Of a DNA stretch of 64,000 nucleotides, positions 62,901-64,000 are shown piece after piece. The DNA comes from Styela clava (Eukaryota): NCBI RefSeq assembly GCF_964204865.1, contig NC_135250.1, positions 7,688,001 through 7,752,000 on the forward strand, written 5' to 3'. The notes beneath the pieces were generated by a model, which was given only the letters and a program-made list of their open reading frames with translations, was not told the DNA's origin and did not search any database. The position numbers were made by a program, and so were the translations under genes. Within the stretch, counting starts at the first letter, position 1. Each line of letters starts with the position of its first letter.

Positions 62901-63386
62901 ATTGAAAGATTTTTTTGTAGTTATGGCCTAATATTGAAAAGAAATCGATGATGTATTTTAATAGTAGCCTTCCAGAAAATGTTCCACGTAATAGATACAC
63001 TTAGCCTGACACAATTGTCCATTGAGCATTGCAGAATAACACTATACGAAACCTCAAAAAAAAAATTAAATGCTAAAATTGTCAGATTTATCCTCGAAAC
63101 GAACAAGATTACTTACGTTCACATTCCGGCAGTGGATTGCTCCATTCCGTAGAATCTAAGCAAGTGCTTGACGATTCACCAGATAATCTTCGTCCTTTAT
63201 TGCATCTCGCTCTGCAGGAAATCCGCCAAATAAATATATTCGTACAATAAGTCTCCATTCGATTTACAAAGCTTTCTCACTATACTTAACATCACCTTAC
63301 TTACCTACAATTACTAGCAACAAAATTTCTGTTCGTGCACGTAACGTATCCATGTTCAAGTGGTCCCCGAGGTCGGCATTCTAATT
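56928..63386 (-). CDS. Multi-CCP (sushi) plus C-terminal VWA soluble protein, 5'-partial (at least 8 CCP domains)
   Basis: Split sushi exon pairs 63386-63305/63211-63117, 62837-62756/62663-62569, 62191-62110/61838-61744, 61373-61292/61119-61025, 60754-60673/60606-60512, 60436-60355/59873-59779 and 59493-59412/59181-59087, then a single sushi exon 59012-58827. VWA exons are 58748-58637 (DVVVVMDSSSSIG), 58284-58133, 57540-57377 (GTLTGKAL...VFVITDGKA) and 57098-56928 (stop). No transmembrane segment follows the VWA. Confidence 0.9.
57576..57914. mobile_element. 339-bp hAT MITE in a VWA intron
   Basis: Ends CAGGGGTTCTCAACC ... GGTTAAAAAACCCTG. TSD TTGTAAAC / TTGTAAAT. The empty site TTGTAAAC is present in the duplicate at 50547-50554. 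Confidence 0.88.
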
Positions 63387-63522
63387 CTGTTGAACGAATA
63401 AAAGCATGTGTATACGTAACAATATATGGGGATAATTTTGATCCACTTGGTTTTTGCACTCATTGTGCCGCATGTAGGTCATGTACGTTTTCTATTTTTT
63501 AACGCGACTCATTGGTTTACGC

Positions 63523-64000
63523 CAGTGGTCTACAACACGCGGGCCGCATGCGGCCCGCCAGGCATTTTTTTGCGGCCCGCGTCATCGTTGGGATTTTTCC
63601 ACAAAAACTATAGTAGTACAACTAATGTCAACTATTAGTAAGTTTTATCGTGATATTTCTCATCAAGAATCCGGTCCGACTGTGAAAAGTGAAGCAAAAA
63701 TTTCCCGCCCATTATCCATTTTCATGTTTTATTCTATGGTTATAATTCAATTATAAATTCAATAATTTCATTTCGCATGTTCATTGTGACGTAATAAACG
63801 AGTTTCGGTCAGTCCATTGTGCCCGAGAAAGGTTTACAAAGCCAATCGCACATTCACGTCGTATACATGCGATGTTTGGCAGTTCTTATATTAGCGAGCA
63901 GTTTTTTTTCCAAGTATGAAAGTTAGCCCTCCGCACTGGACTAACGGACGAGCATTTGCATGTTGTCTTAAGACTAGCAACCCAACGCAAAATAAGGCCA
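63523..64000 (+). mobile_element. Non-autonomous hAT element (GTF2IRD2-like transposase remnant), truncated by the window edge
   Basis: Starts CAGTGGTCTACAAC with GCGGCCCGC subterminal repeats after GTTTACGC. The remnant MFGSSYISEQFFS...RTGLTDEHLHVVLRLAT lies at about 63872-63982. Confidence 0.75.

Overview
AT-rich, intron-rich animal genomic DNA. It is probably an ascidian/tunicate, inferred from the gene content and repeat style rather than proven. The ORF track is mostly exon fragments or noise, so genes were rebuilt by hand from splice sites. From left to right: (1) a 5'-truncated CR1/L2-group LINE (- strand) split by a Buster-type hAT deletion element; (2) two full SH3-SH2-SH3 GRB2-family paralogues arranged tail-to-tail (GRB2-A, +, 5823-23394, with an extra linker exon; GRB2-B, -, 29748-26471); (3) a decayed Tx1/L1 fragment; (4) a 13-exon peroxisomal carnitine O-octanoyltransferase-like gene (+, 34622-42581) with a GC-AG intron and a CKL PTS1; (5) a microhomology-bounded tandem duplication (45182-58744) giving two intact two-exon genes for small secreted, divergent IL-17-like cystine-knot proteins plus a dead partial VWA copy; (6) the 3' part of a gene for a soluble protein with at least 8 CCP/sushi domains and a C-terminal VWA domain (-, 5' end outside the window). 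There are many hAT MITEs, one nested 9-bp-TSD MITE and a tRNA-derived SINE. The best candidate for an undescribed system is the putative innate-immune module of duplicated IL-17-like cytokine genes next to the CCP-VWA gene.
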